A DNA stretch of 55,630 nucleotides from the IMG/VR virus record IMGVR_UViG_3300025930_000003, positions 1 through 55,630 of that record. The stretch is one strand, 5' to 3'. The first letter of the stretch is position 1. Each line of letters starts with the position of its first letter. Origin of the DNA: a virus. Its lineage: Duplodnaviria > Caudoviricetes. The notes below the pieces were generated by a model. That model saw only the letters and a list, made by a program, of their open reading frames with translations, made no database searches and was not told the origin of the DNA. Below are positions 19,452-29,651 of this stretch, piece after piece. Made by a program: the position numbers and the translations under genes.

Positions 19452-20408
19452 TTAGAATTTAGTTCTAGAATACTTGCTATAACGATCAAAAAGACCTAAG
19501 AGACCATTCCTTTTGAAGTTTATTCTCTTCTGAATAGTCCCTGTCATATCTTCTGTCTTTTTGCTTATTTGTTCACTAGCTTTTACATGCATCAAAGCTG
19601 CTCTTTGTTCTTGTCCAGGAAGATCTTCTGTAAGAAGCTGCTTTGATTTGAGAACAATAACATCATCGTATCCGTCTACAGGAAAAGAATCATCATCTCG
19701 TTCCATTCTAGGAAGTTTTGGCTTATAGAGAACTTCCATTATATAGGAACCATCTGAACAGCAATGCAAATCTGGATAAAGGCTTACATCTACTATAATA
19801 TAACGAGATTCTAGTTGATCTGCATAAATAGTAGCCATCTCATTCCCGTCCGCATCCGTAATTGTTACATTATAGTCTGTTACTTTGCTCTTCTTAATGG
19901 CTGTAAAATCAATAAAGCTATTAATCCATGTTTTACTTGTCTCATCTAGTATGATTCTCTCTACCCATCTATTAGAGTTGGTCGTTTCACCAACAAAAGT
20001 GATAGTTAAGTCACTATCTGCTACTGGATAAGTAATAGTTCCTGGAGCGGAATTGGTTATTTCTGTCTGGAATGGAGAATATCCTTTAATTCTCCAATTT
20101 TTCCACTCATTTCTCCAATCTTCTGCTTGATACCTAGGACGAATATCATGAAGTTCCCAAGCATCATTTCTACAGGTAGAGCGAATAGCTCTTAATTTAC
20201 CAACAAAAGGAGGAAGAGCTAATTCTTTATTGGAGTTTGCTCTTAAATATAGCTCTTTTAGAACAATAGGAAGATCTTTTGTCTCATAAACCTCTGTAGC
20301 AGCTTGATTAATTATATCAACTAATCTAGCTTTTTGTGCAGGATTAGCTTGTGGATTTGTGTCTCCAGTTTCAGAAGCAACGCGAGTAAAAATGTATTTA
20401 AAGCTCAT
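19452..20408 (-). CDS. Head-tail adaptor (tubular A-like)
   Basis: IN-x-A-x-x-E N-terminal helix; synteny. Confidence 0.55.
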   Translation of the reverse strand: MSFKYIFTRVASETGDTNPQANPAQKARLVDIINQAATEVYETKDLPIVLKELYLRANSNKELALPPFVGKLRAIRSTCRNDAWELHDIRPRYQAEDWRNEWKNWRIKGYSPFQTEITNSAPGTITYPVADSDLTITFVGETTNSNRWVERIILDETSKTWINSFIDFTAIKKSKVTDYNVTITDADGNEMATIYADQLESRYIIVDVSLYPDLHCCSDGSYIMEVLYKPKLPRMERDDDSFPVDGYDDVIVLKSKQLLTEDLPGQEQRAALMHVKASEQISKKTEDMTGTIQKRINFKRNGLLGLFDRYSKYSRTKF

Positions 20409-21439
20409 TAAGTTTTAATAAGTATGGTTGCTACAGCAGAAGGCTGCATATTTTCATGTGCTTCTGCTGCTGCGGTAGCTGTTTTATTATCAGTAAGATT
20501 TGTTAGTGTTCCGGCAGCTCCTGGAACAAATGTAACCATCAAACTAGAAGTAGCATTAGTATTTCCAGAGGCTTCTCCTTTTCCTAAGCTAATAAGTCCA
20601 TGATTATGTGCTGCGATACCTGATTGTAAAGCAGTAAGAAGAACAGATTCCGCTCCAACATTTGTTAATCCAATATTTCTAAGTGTAAGTCCAGCACCTT
20701 GTCCTGAACCTATTAAAGTTCTTCCCCTGAAGTCTGGTAAATTAAAGGTTGTAGTTCCATTACCAGGACCAAAAGTAACTCCAATTACAGCAAAAAGACC
20801 AGCAAATATAGTTCTATCTACAGCGGTTCCATCACAAAGTAACCAACCTTGATCTACAGAAGTAGAATAAGTAGTTGGTCTTAAAGTTTGCTTTAGATCA
20901 CCAGCAGAAAAGAAAGTCCCAACTACAGTATATAGATCATTTAATGCTGCAATAGTAGCATTTAAGCTAGCAGTTAAAGCTGTTATATCCGTAGTATTTG
21001 TATCTACTCCATCTTGTGCTGCTTCTGCTGCTGTTTGAGCTGTATCTGCTGTATTTTGAGCATTTGTAATTAACGCGGTCTGAGAAGTAGCTAAAGTAAG
21101 GGCATCTCTACCTTGTTTATCAACTAAAGACCAGAAAAGTAAGTCAGCATCTTCATCTACAGATGGATCCCATTTGTAGACTAGAACTTCATCATCTTCA
21201 TCAAAAGGTAATCGTCTCCAAAGATATTTAGTCCACCAAGTAGGAGTAATTCCACTATAATCTCCATTCGGATCTGGAGTAACAGGAGTATCAGCGGCAG
21301 AATCAGTTGTTTCAATTACCATCCCTTTATCTGTAGCTAATCTACCAGCATCTACTAGCTGATTTAACTGGCTTCCAGTTACATCTGTTTGACCAGTTAT
21401 ATCTATACCTTTTACTAAATCTTGTGTGGTTGGGTCCAT
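20408..21439 (-). CDS. Tail fibre protein with tail-collar domain
   Basis: GWLLCDG...LFAVIG-x-TFG-x-G-x-G-x-TTFNLPD-x-RGR and HENMQP. Confidence 0.85.
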   Translation of the reverse strand: MDPTTQDLVKGIDITGQTDVTGSQLNQLVDAGRLATDKGMVIETTDSAADTPVTPDPNGDYSGITPTWWTKYLWRRLPFDEDDEVLVYKWDPSVDEDADLLFWSLVDKQGRDALTLATSQTALITNAQNTADTAQTAAEAAQDGVDTNTTDITALTASLNATIAALNDLYTVVGTFFSAGDLKQTLRPTTYSTSVDQGWLLCDGTAVDRTIFAGLFAVIGVTFGPGNGTTTFNLPDFRGRTLIGSGQGAGLTLRNIGLTNVGAESVLLTALQSGIAAHNHGLISLGKGEASGNTNATSSLMVTFVPGAAGTLTNLTDNKTATAAAEAHENMQPSAVATILIKT

Positions 21440-21442
21440 AAA

Positions 21443-22915
21443 TTAATCTGTAGTTACCGTATTTCCATTTCCTATTAAAGTAGCTTTATCAGTGATACCT
21501 TGTCCACTTGGGGGAGCAGATGGAGTTTGACCATTAAGAGAAATAAGACAAGTAGTTACTCCACTAGCAACACATTTAGCTAAAACTGTATTTACAATAG
21601 AAGTAGGTAAAGCACAATTATCTAGAGCTATATTAGTCCCATTTTCAAAGAAAAGGCCGGAAGAGAAAGTAATATTTGCTAAAGCATCACAAGAATCAGT
21701 TTGAAAGTTTCCACCTAGAAAACTAAGCTGTGGAATATTTAGATTCCCAACTAAAGGACAAATAGAACAAATAAAGTTTCCAGTTACTTGAGTAAGTAAT
21801 GGAATATCTAAATCAAGCAAATTGCCACAGCTAGATATATCAAAATAACCTAAAACTGACTCTAGTGACTCTATATTAATTGATACTAATAGTGGACTAG
21901 CAGAAGCAACAAAAGCACCAAATACTCTCTTTAGATTTCTTAAATCTATGCTTGTAATAGCTGAAGAATCGTCAAAATATAGGTCGCTTAAAGATAGAAT
22001 TAAAGTAGAAATATCTAAAGCTCCAGAACCAGAAAAACCGTAGTCTTTTGATATTCCAACTATATTAGAATATGATGAATATTCATCCCCAAGCTTAGCC
22101 CTGTATTTATATTGCCAGAAATCAGCAGCAATAACTGACAAATCATTGTAAGTTAGAACATCACCTTCAATTGTATCAAGTAAAAACCAATCCAAATCAG
22201 ATGTTTTCTTCCAAATTTCATAGAAATCTGGTTCAGACTCTTGGTTTATTACATTGATAGCAATATTATCAGCAGCGGAAGCTAAATCTAGTTCAATTTC
22301 TGGAGTATCTAGACCAAATATCTGGTCTGTATCTAAGCAAGTATTTATTACTGTATAATAATCTCCAGAAGCAGGATCAAAATTTGACATATCAAATGTC
22401 ATATCTTGACAAATAGTATAGCTTGGAGCTAAATCTACCATACCAGTATCACATTTAGAGTCTGGAAGCTTAAACTGTGAAATTCTAAGTGCTGTTCCAC
22501 CACCAACTATTAGTTCATTATTTGTTGACCAGATTTCTAGATAGAAGTTCTTATTTATTGTCTGGCCAGTATAAAGAGGAGCATAAAGTAATCCTTCATT
22601 ATGGTTCCATAGCTTGTATCTAACTATTGTATCAGGACTTGTTTTCCAAGCAACACAAGCTATATAATTTCCATCAGAAGATATATTCTGATCTAAAATT
22701 GAGAAGTTTTTATCAAAAGTAAAATAGTATTTTTGTAGAATTTCTGAGGCACCTTTCCAAGTATTCTCTAAAGTAAAAGTCGGAATAGAAAAGAAGTAAG
22801 GTAATTTAGTAACATAGGTAGATTTCTGCCTTACTTTATTAGGCTCCTGAGCATAAAGTAATCTTTCTTCGTGAAATGGAGGAAGAATAAGTGACATTCT
22901 AGTGTCCAAGCGCAA
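21443..22915 (-). CDS. Virion-region protein with FN3-like and leucine-rich/L-domain repeats
   Basis: YKYRAK...SSYSN FN3-like end; repeated L-x-x-V-x-G-x-F units. Confidence 0.55.
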   Translation of the reverse strand: MRLDTRMSLILPPFHEERLLYAQEPNKVRQKSTYVTKLPYFFSIPTFTLENTWKGASEILQKYYFTFDKNFSILDQNISSDGNYIACVAWKTSPDTIVRYKLWNHNEGLLYAPLYTGQTINKNFYLEIWSTNNELIVGGGTALRISQFKLPDSKCDTGMVDLAPSYTICQDMTFDMSNFDPASGDYYTVINTCLDTDQIFGLDTPEIELDLASAADNIAINVINQESEPDFYEIWKKTSDLDWFLLDTIEGDVLTYNDLSVIAADFWQYKYRAKLGDEYSSYSNIVGISKDYGFSGSGALDISTLILSLSDLYFDDSSAITSIDLRNLKRVFGAFVASASPLLVSINIESLESVLGYFDISSCGNLLDLDIPLLTQVTGNFICSICPLVGNLNIPQLSFLGGNFQTDSCDALANITFSSGLFFENGTNIALDNCALPTSIVNTVLAKCVASGVTTCLISLNGQTPSAPPSGQGITDKATLIGNGNTVTTD

Positions 22916-23327
22916 TTTTCATACCATCACGAATTCCAGTCGCAGCAGCAAAAACGTAAATGTTATTTTCTATATTTATCTTGTCACCCACAGAGGCATC
23001 AAATAGAAAAGTAGCATTCTCAATAGCAATTCGAGCTGTATCGCTTTTTAGTTCTTTAACTGGAAGTTGAGAAATTAGCTCTCTGAGCAAAATTCCAGTA
23101 ATTTTCTTAGTATTTACTAGACTATCTAATGTGCTATAGGAGATTTCAAATTGCATCCTCCAATCTGGATTTTGTTTGAGTGCAATCTGTGTTCCGATAG
23201 AGGCTGCCGCATAAGATAAATTTCTAACATCAGCAGCTTTTTGATCTGGTGTGGAAGTCTTACTAAAAAGTGCACAGTTAGTGAATAAAACTAGCGCGGT
23301 TAGACTGATTGCAATGTTCTTTTTCAT
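22899..23327 (-). CDS. Lipoprotein, possibly spanin-like
   Basis: Signal peptide ending LFTNC; next to holin candidate. Confidence 0.55.
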   Translation of the reverse strand: MKKNIAISLTALVLFTNCALFSKTSTPDQKAADVRNLSYAAASIGTQIALKQNPDWRMQFEISYSTLDSLVNTKKITGILLRELISQLPVKELKSDTARIAIENATFLFDASVGDKINIENNIYVFAAATGIRDGMKIALGH

Positions 23328-23644
23328 GATAGTGATGGTAGTCCTAGGTCTTTTCTTATTTTTTCTACATCTGATTTTGATAGGTGTTCTGTTTCTCCTG
23401 ACTTAACTTTATCTATTTTGAGGTTTGATACTGAATTGTCTACGAAAACCCTTATAATAAGCAGACCAGAAAGTAAGCAAGATAGAAGCGTTCTGAGCCA
23501 CATCCAAAAATTGAAACCATCAAAGTCTAAGAGCTTCTCTGTTTTATCTAAGAAAGTCGTAATAAAGCCAATTAAAAGATAAAGAGAACACCTAAGAACA
23601 ACAGGTTGCCAATACTGTAGAAATGATAAAAATTCTTTAACCAT
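23324..23644 (-). CDS. Putative holin
   Basis: Two hydrophobic segments and a charged C-tail in 106 aa. Confidence 0.5.
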   Translation of the reverse strand: MVKEFLSFLQYWQPVVLRCSLYLLIGFITTFLDKTEKLLDFDGFNFWMWLRTLLSCLLSGLLIIRVFVDNSVSNLKIDKVKSGETEHLSKSDVEKIRKDLGLPSLS

Positions 23645-23834
23645 GTCTTTTAATAAAGGATGCTTTGCCTGATGTTTCTAAGTCTGGAGATACATATTTA
23701 CATTCCCAAATAGCAATAACTTCTTCTGCTCCACTTATATATCCAGACATAAACATATCTTCTAGTAGCTTTGTAGCCCTTTCATCATCTATTTGTCTTA
23801 TAGCCTTTATGATTTCCCATGTTTTCACTAGCAT
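23637..23834 (-). CDS. Hypothetical protein
   Basis: Packed ORF on the operon strand. Confidence 0.45.
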   Translation of the reverse strand: MLVKTWEIIKAIRQIDDERATKLLEDMFMSGYISGAEEVIAIWECKYVSPDLETSGKASFIKRHG

Positions 23835-23841
23835 TCATAAT

Positions 23842-23976
23842 TTATGAAAGTTTCATTATTAGCTTAACAAAAGCTACATAACAAAGAATTAGTCCACAAA
23901 TTGCTATTAAAATGTAGATAAAAATCTTTGCACCTTTACCTACTTTTGATTCTTCTTCTCTATTTTCTTGACTCAT
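23842..23976 (-). CDS. Single-TM small protein (44 aa, not in ORF track)
   Basis: MSQENREEESKVGKGAKIFIYILIAICGLILCYVAFV...; ATGA overlap. Confidence 0.5.
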   Translation of the reverse strand: MSQENREEESKVGKGAKIFIYILIAICGLILCYVAFVKLIMKLS

Positions 23977-24857
23977 ATAACAGGCCTTCCTAATATTCCC
24001 ATAGTTCTTTTCCATATGTCATTCAAAAGCAATTGATTTGCTGCACTTATTCCTCTACCTAACATATGTCCTCCCCAAACTTTAGTAGATGGAGCAACAG
24101 GAACAAGAGATTCTTGATTATTTACATCCAAAACACCAACATGAAATCCAGAACTATAAGTAGCTCCAGGAGTTGCAGAAGATCCAATCTGAACTCCACG
24201 CTTGTAAAGTTTGGCATCTGTTGTAGTATTGTATGAACCACAATAAAACCCAGTTCCAGCGGAATCAGCTACACTTATTTGATTTCCAGATATACCAGTG
24301 GAAAAGAAGGTTGTTCCAGTTCCATTAGAAATATATAAATAAATGTAGTCACTTCCATTGTAGACACCCATACCAAAGCCATTTTGATTGGTTCCTGAGC
24401 AAATGTAAGCACCATAAGTGAATGAGTGATTTGTTGCATCCTGATTGTAAATTTGTGTTTGAGTCGTAGCAACAAGCATAAACTCATTTGTTCCATTTCC
24501 TGTTAAACCAACTGTCTCATCAAAATCTGCTTCATCTAGTTGTTGTGGAGAATCTGGAGTTGTTGGGTCAGAATCATTAATCAATGGAGCTTTGATTGCA
24601 TTTAATCCAAGTCCAGTGTAAGTAGTTAAATAGATTATACTAGAACGAAGACCCTGAGAAACTAATGCTTTTAACATAAAGTCATTAGCTACTATTGAAA
24701 CTCCAGAATAATTTCCTGAGCGACTCTTAACTAGAGCCATCCAAGATGCAACCCCTGGATGAAGATTACTAAGACTTACTGCTCCACCACTACAAACGAA
24801 TAATGTAGGAACAAAAATTGAAATGTTCTTTATGAATTTTCTTCTAGCGAGAATCAT
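23973..24857 (-). CDS. LamG/concanavalin-like protein with Tat-like signal
   Basis: ARRKFI twin-arginine N-terminus; LTGNGT and KLYK-x-G beta-sandwich motifs. Confidence 0.55.
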   Translation of the reverse strand: MILARRKFIKNISIFVPTLFVCSGGAVSLSNLHPGVASWMALVKSRSGNYSGVSIVANDFMLKALVSQGLRSSIIYLTTYTGLGLNAIKAPLINDSDPTTPDSPQQLDEADFDETVGLTGNGTNEFMLVATTQTQIYNQDATNHSFTYGAYICSGTNQNGFGMGVYNGSDYIYLYISNGTGTTFFSTGISGNQISVADSAGTGFYCGSYNTTTDAKLYKRGVQIGSSATPGATYSSGFHVGVLDVNNQESLVPVAPSTKVWGGHMLGRGISAANQLLLNDIWKRTMGILGRPVI

Positions 24858-26205
24858 AAACTCCATAGTCACTCATAAAAATACCATTCGTAAAAGGTGA
24901 CATAGAAAAAGATACCCAAGATACCGCATTAGCATTTGTAGTCGGTTGAAATTGAGAATTGCCAGGAAATTTAAAAGAACCATTTGTCCAAGTAACGGCA
25001 CTTCCAGCGGTTACCATTTTGAAGTAGACAGTAAATGATGTATTAGATGAACTAGAAGCTGGAATATTAGATGGAGTAACAAAGAAAGTAGTGTTAGTTA
25101 CATTTAGAAAGAAGTTAGTTCCACCTGAACCATCTATAGTTACATTTGTTCCACTAGAATAAGTTAATGCTGTATTTGGAACCCAAACAGAAGCCCCGCT
25201 TGAACCACCTGAAACAGTTACCCAAGAAAAGCCTCCAGAACCATCATTAGTTAAAACACCAGAACCATTAGCTATGTTGGTCACAGCTCCATTAGAACCA
25301 ATTCTTAAAAGTTTATTTGTTCCAAGCGAGGTTAGTGAAAGAGCATTAGTTACAATCAATGTATTGTGATTTCCATTGACTGCATAGAAATTAGAAGTAG
25401 TTAAATTATTTTGAACTGTTACATTTGTTACAAAAAAGTTAGATGAGTAAAGATTATTTACTACGCTAATATTAGTAGTTATAATATTCGATACAGTAAG
25501 AGCATTAACTACAGTCAAGTTTGTCGCAGTTAAGTTATTTATAATTATGTTCTGCGCCAGATTCGTCGTATATCCAAAATTACCTGAACCATCATTGGTC
25601 AACATACCAATACCATTAGGAATAAAAGATTGAGTATTTGTAGTAAGCCAAATAACTAATGCATTATTTGTTCCATTAGCAGGAACTGAACTTATAATTG
25701 CCCAATTTCCAAGACCATTAAGAAATTGATTTGTGCTTCCACTTAATTTTGGAGCAAAACCATGTTTTGAGGTAGATGAATTTCCTGTAGTAATATCAGT
25801 AAAACCTATATCTGTTTCCCAAATAAAGTCAAAAATTGGATAAAGAAAGTCTCCACGAGTTCTAAGAAATAGATTAGTTCCAGCATCATTTATAGTAAGA
25901 ACATCAGTTCCAGAAGTTACATATGCTCCGATTCCAGAAGGATATGTATTAGTTGTAAATCTGTTAGCTACAAGATTGGTAGAAGTAGAGAAAGAATTTG
26001 TAGAGATTCCAACTATATTTGTCCCCTGAACTAAAAGTAGCTTTCCATTGCCTACATTGTTAGTTATAATATTCCTAACAATATTTGTAGCACCTTGTGG
26101 AGAAACAGTGCTAACATTTGTTACAGCAGCATTCAAAGAAAAGGAGGCTAGGATAGCCCCAGCGACTATCCTAGCTCCGAAACAGTGGTAGTATCTATTC
26201 CTCAC
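24844..26205 (-). CDS. Thr/Asn-rich fibre-like protein with signal peptide
   Basis: Signal peptide ending SLNA; many TN repeats; duplicated G-x-LTNDGSG-x-F. Confidence 0.6.
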   Translation of the reverse strand: MRNRYYHCFGARIVAGAILASFSLNAAVTNVSTVSPQGATNIVRNIITNNVGNGKLLLVQGTNIVGISTNSFSTSTNLVANRFTTNTYPSGIGAYVTSGTDVLTINDAGTNLFLRTRGDFLYPIFDFIWETDIGFTDITTGNSSTSKHGFAPKLSGSTNQFLNGLGNWAIISSVPANGTNNALVIWLTTNTQSFIPNGIGMLTNDGSGNFGYTTNLAQNIIINNLTATNLTVVNALTVSNIITTNISVVNNLYSSNFFVTNVTVQNNLTTSNFYAVNGNHNTLIVTNALSLTSLGTNKLLRIGSNGAVTNIANGSGVLTNDGSGGFSWVTVSGGSSGASVWVPNTALTYSSGTNVTIDGSGGTNFFLNVTNTTFFVTPSNIPASSSSNTSFTVYFKMVTAGSAVTWTNGSFKFPGNSQFQPTTNANAVSWVSFSMSPFTNGIFMSDYGVYDSR

Positions 26206-26672
26206 GGTTGATGATAAGTAACTACCATTGTTAGACCCCCATTATTATTCGAAACATTAACTCCGCGAGTAAAAACTGTTGGAGTCGAGAAAACAAATGG
26301 TGTAGTATTTGCTCCAATATTTAGAACCAATATAGGAGTAACATCATTTGTTGCAGCGGCAGTAGCTTGTGCCAGAGTATAGAGCAAAGTGTTAGTGTAA
26401 TTGTTTGTAAGACCATTTACACCAACAAATGTCCTAACTTGATTAGTAATAAACGAAGTATAGTTTGTATAGGCACCAACTACATTTGTAGTAGGCCCAT
26501 CCCAAATCCTAACAATCGTATTACTCGTTCCAGTAATTTGTAAGCTTTCCAAAACAATAGCTTCTGGAATAATAGTCCTAAGTCCAGCAGCCATTGAATT
26601 GGTTACATAATTCTGTTGAGCACTAACAGTAAAACAAGCTAGTGCGCCAATTAGAGCAAGAAGTTTTTTCAT
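26202..26672 (-). CDS. Signal-peptide beta protein after the capsid gene (decoration-like)
   Basis: MKKLLALIGALACFTVSA signal; TN-rich. Confidence 0.55.
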   Translation of the reverse strand: MKKLLALIGALACFTVSAQQNYVTNSMAAGLRTIIPEAIVLESLQITGTSNTIVRIWDGPTTNVVGAYTNYTSFITNQVRTFVGVNGLTNNYTNTLLYTLAQATAAATNDVTPILVLNIGANTTPFVFSTPTVFTRGVNVSNNNGGLTMVVTYHQP

Positions 26673-26701
26673 ATTATTTAATTTCCTTTCTCTATGATGT
26701 T

Positions 26702-27988
26702 TTAAAGACCACGTTTCCTAAGGTGAAGAATAGGAATAATGTTCCTTCGTTGTGTTGCAAGAATACCAAGAGCAATCCTGCAAATGAACCAAAGCCAATC
26801 ACCATAAACATTAGTTTCGTAGATCATGTTTCCTGTGTCTGCATCTACACAAGGAACAAGCTTTTGTTTAGTGATAATAAGCTTACCATTCCAATTCATA
26901 GCTGGGAAGTTATGAGGCGGGCTGTCACCAGTAAAAGCACTTGGCGGTGGCCCAACTTGAATACTTTCATAACCTTGTGCTCCAACTAACCAACTAACAG
27001 TGTAAGGTGAACCATTTTCATCTAATGTTGCATATTGTGGATTTGGAACAGTTTCACCAGCATTTTCAGCACCAGCAGCAACTCGGATTTCTGGAGCAGG
27101 AAATGTGCAATCATTCATGAATCGCAAAGGCAAATCTTCCAGTTTGGAAGTAATCTTTCCAAAGAAGGAACCTTTGAATGATTGATTCACAATATCCAGA
27201 TCACAGTTCTTATGCTGTTGAACATAAGGGTCAAAAGTAAATTGACCATATGTTTCATTGTCTGTAACCAAACAATACTTACCGTCTAGTGGTGCATCTT
27301 CTTTAGGAAGAGCAGAACCAGACCAGAAAGGAATGCGAAGTTCAGTATCCATCTGTGAATAAGCATCATTTAAAACTGTGAGCTTCAAATGTGAGTTAAT
27401 AGTATTCTTATTTGCAAGCAATGTTGCAGTAGTCTTACCATCAACAGCAGGATCGAATGTTCCAGTTCCAAGCCAAGGATTAGTTTGAACTCGAATTGCT
27501 TTATCTCCGTTGGCAAGAAACATGAAAGGAGACATATGAAAGATACGTCCACGAAGGAAAATATCTTCATATCGTTCAACCTTCTCCATAATATCTTTAC
27601 CATTGTCATCCACATGATCCATAAAATCATTGAATGAAGGGTAAAAATTAAGTCCAGGTGACTCAAACTTCTGACCATAGACTTGTGCGCTTGCAGTTCT
27701 TTCAGTTACGTTAATGATATCTTTCTTAAGAGGATTCTTAATAAGATTAGGATTAGCGAACTGACGAAGATGTGGAGAAGGATTGGTAGCTACTCCTTTA
27801 AGAGTATCTCCCATATTCTGTGTCCACTTCCTCTTTTTTGTAAATTTGGCCCAAGTAGTCCAGGTTTTCCTCAATTCAACTTCCATCTTTGCTAGATAGA
27901 AAGGAAGTGTATTATAGAGGTTAATGTCATTTTCAGACCAACCTGAACAAGAGGCCGCATCTATGGCTGGCATCGAGTTTACCGGCAT
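26702..27988 (-). CDS. Major capsid protein
   Basis: 428 aa after portal and scaffold with its own promoter; assigned mainly by synteny. Confidence 0.75.
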   Translation of the reverse strand: MPVNSMPAIDAASCSGWSENDINLYNTLPFYLAKMEVELRKTWTTWAKFTKKRKWTQNMGDTLKGVATNPSPHLRQFANPNLIKNPLKKDIINVTERTASAQVYGQKFESPGLNFYPSFNDFMDHVDDNGKDIMEKVERYEDIFLRGRIFHMSPFMFLANGDKAIRVQTNPWLGTGTFDPAVDGKTTATLLANKNTINSHLKLTVLNDAYSQMDTELRIPFWSGSALPKEDAPLDGKYCLVTDNETYGQFTFDPYVQQHKNCDLDIVNQSFKGSFFGKITSKLEDLPLRFMNDCTFPAPEIRVAAGAENAGETVPNPQYATLDENGSPYTVSWLVGAQGYESIQVGPPPSAFTGDSPPHNFPAMNWNGKLIITKQKLVPCVDADTGNMIYETNVYGDWLWFICRIALGILATQRRNIIPILHLRKRGL

Positions 27989-28137
27989 ATGTTAATCTTT
28001 CTTTTTGAAGTTAATTTACGATGTATAAAATACATTCAGATTTCAGAAAAGGAAACCTGGGAACTTTGCGCCAGCTCATACGCAAATAGAAAGCTGAAAT
28101 GGGGTGCTCAGAAATCCCCTAGAAGCAATACATCTTT

Positions 28138-28153
28138 AGCACAATATGTGCCA
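28138..28153 (-). promoter_or_regulatory. Sigma54-type promoter for the capsid operon
   Basis: Minus strand TGGCACATATTGTGCT (GG-N10-GC), intergenic, 150 nt upstream of the capsid gene. Confidence 0.75.
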
Positions 28154-28169
28154 AGATTCTAAACTAATT

Positions 28170-28200
28170 AGAAACTACCTTGTATTATTTAAATACAAGG
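28170..28200 (-). terminator. Hairpin after the scaffold gene
   Basis: CCTTGTATT/AATACAAGG stem then TAGTTTCT on the minus strand. Confidence 0.4.
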
Positions 28201-28270
28201 CAGATCAAGAACAATAAAACAACTATAGCTATAAAAAGATGTGCGGCAGCATCAACAAACTCATCATCTT

Positions 28271-29347
28271 TCATACATCCTGTGCTCGTCTATTTTGAAA
28301 GTCAGAATATTTAACTCCACCATTTCCTGCTTTACCAGCTACAAACTCACCTTTTCTAGGTTGAGCATTGTTAGCATCTGTTTTAATACCTTTTAGCTTA
28401 TTGTTTTCATCCTGTAGTTTCTTAACCCTACCAAGTAGAATAGCGTTATTGGCTGCGGTCATAGCAAGCAAAGTGGAGACTGGATTATCTCTGAAAGATG
28501 CGGGCAAAGCATCTAATACTGCTTTCTGAATAGCTTGTGTCGGATGATCTTTAGCTGTATATCCTGGAAAGTATTTCTCTACCGCTCCAGTTACAACTGC
28601 TAGATCAGCTTTATAAGTAGAATCATAGCTGTCAATATAGTTCTTTAGTTTCTTTCCAGCCTCATAAGACTGCTCTCTAGCAAATTGTAGCTGATCTCCA
28701 ATAAATACTTCCGCTTCCGCATTTGATTCTTTAGGCTCAGATAAAACAAGCTTTCCAGTTTTTGGATCCATATCTAAATCTTGCCATTTTTCTCCTCTAG
28801 AAACTTTAGCAGCTTGTGTAGCCCAATGAGATTTAATTCTCTCTGCTAAATTGTAGTCGCTAGATGAAGTCTTATATTCTTTTGTAAGAGTAAAAGCTTC
28901 TGGATGACCAAAGATAGAAGCAGGCTCTTTTCCTTTATTCTGCTTTAGTTGTTCATTTTCTGTCTTAAGAGCTTTATGTTCTAGATAAAGAGGCTTTAGC
29001 TTATTAAAGCTCTCTATAGACATATTCTTAAAGATTGGTCTATCTTCTTCAGGAATATCATCAAGAACTCTTGGAGCGGTCTTTGTTTTAGTTTTTCCTG
29101 GATCAGCTTCAATTTTAGTCTGATCAAATTCTACACCACGATCTTTTAAGAAATCTTGGAAATTTACTTCTTTATCTTCTTTCTTCTCGCGAGTAGTTTC
29201 TAGTTGCTCATGATCTTCACCAGTTTTCTCAATTTCTGTAGAAACTTCTTCAGTCTTTTGTTCTACAGCTTCTCCTGCTGGAGTTTCTGCTCCTTCAAAA
29301 TCTACCTTTGGCTCTACAAACTGATTCTCTGCTGGTTCATCTGGCAT
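28271..29347 (-). CDS. Capsid scaffolding protein
   Basis: Acidic N-terminus, coiled coils, between portal and capsid genes. Confidence 0.65.
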   Translation of the reverse strand: MPDEPAENQFVEPKVDFEGAETPAGEAVEQKTEEVSTEIEKTGEDHEQLETTREKKEDKEVNFQDFLKDRGVEFDQTKIEADPGKTKTKTAPRVLDDIPEEDRPIFKNMSIESFNKLKPLYLEHKALKTENEQLKQNKGKEPASIFGHPEAFTLTKEYKTSSSDYNLAERIKSHWATQAAKVSRGEKWQDLDMDPKTGKLVLSEPKESNAEAEVFIGDQLQFAREQSYEAGKKLKNYIDSYDSTYKADLAVVTGAVEKYFPGYTAKDHPTQAIQKAVLDALPASFRDNPVSTLLAMTAANNAILLGRVKKLQDENNKLKGIKTDANNAQPRKGEFVAGKAGNGGVKYSDFQNRRAQDV

Positions 29348-29348
29348 A

Positions 29349-29651
29349 TTATATTCCTAGTGTTGATTGTTTATTTTCTGTTATATATTCTATCACCTCT
29401 CTAATACCAATAGAGATATGAAGAAATCTATTTGTTGAATTATCTGAATTTAACCTACTTGAATTACGTGCAGCATTCAAAAGTTCTAATTCTCTCCGCG
29501 CGAGATAAATTAATAGGTTCTGTGTCTTTTCCATCGTTAACCAAGTTTTTAGTTCTTCTTCTGCAATAAGTTTTGCATGTTCATCCTTAGGCTCTGTCTC
29601 TATATCAGCGACGCGGCCAGACATTCTATCATATGCTCTTACAGTGCTCAT
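29349..29651 (-). CDS. Small helical protein after the portal
   Basis: Typical podovirus position. Confidence 0.6.
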   Translation of the reverse strand: MSTVRAYDRMSGRVADIETEPKDEHAKLIAEEELKTWLTMEKTQNLLIYLARRELELLNAARNSSRLNSDNSTNRFLHISIGIREVIEYITENKQSTLGI

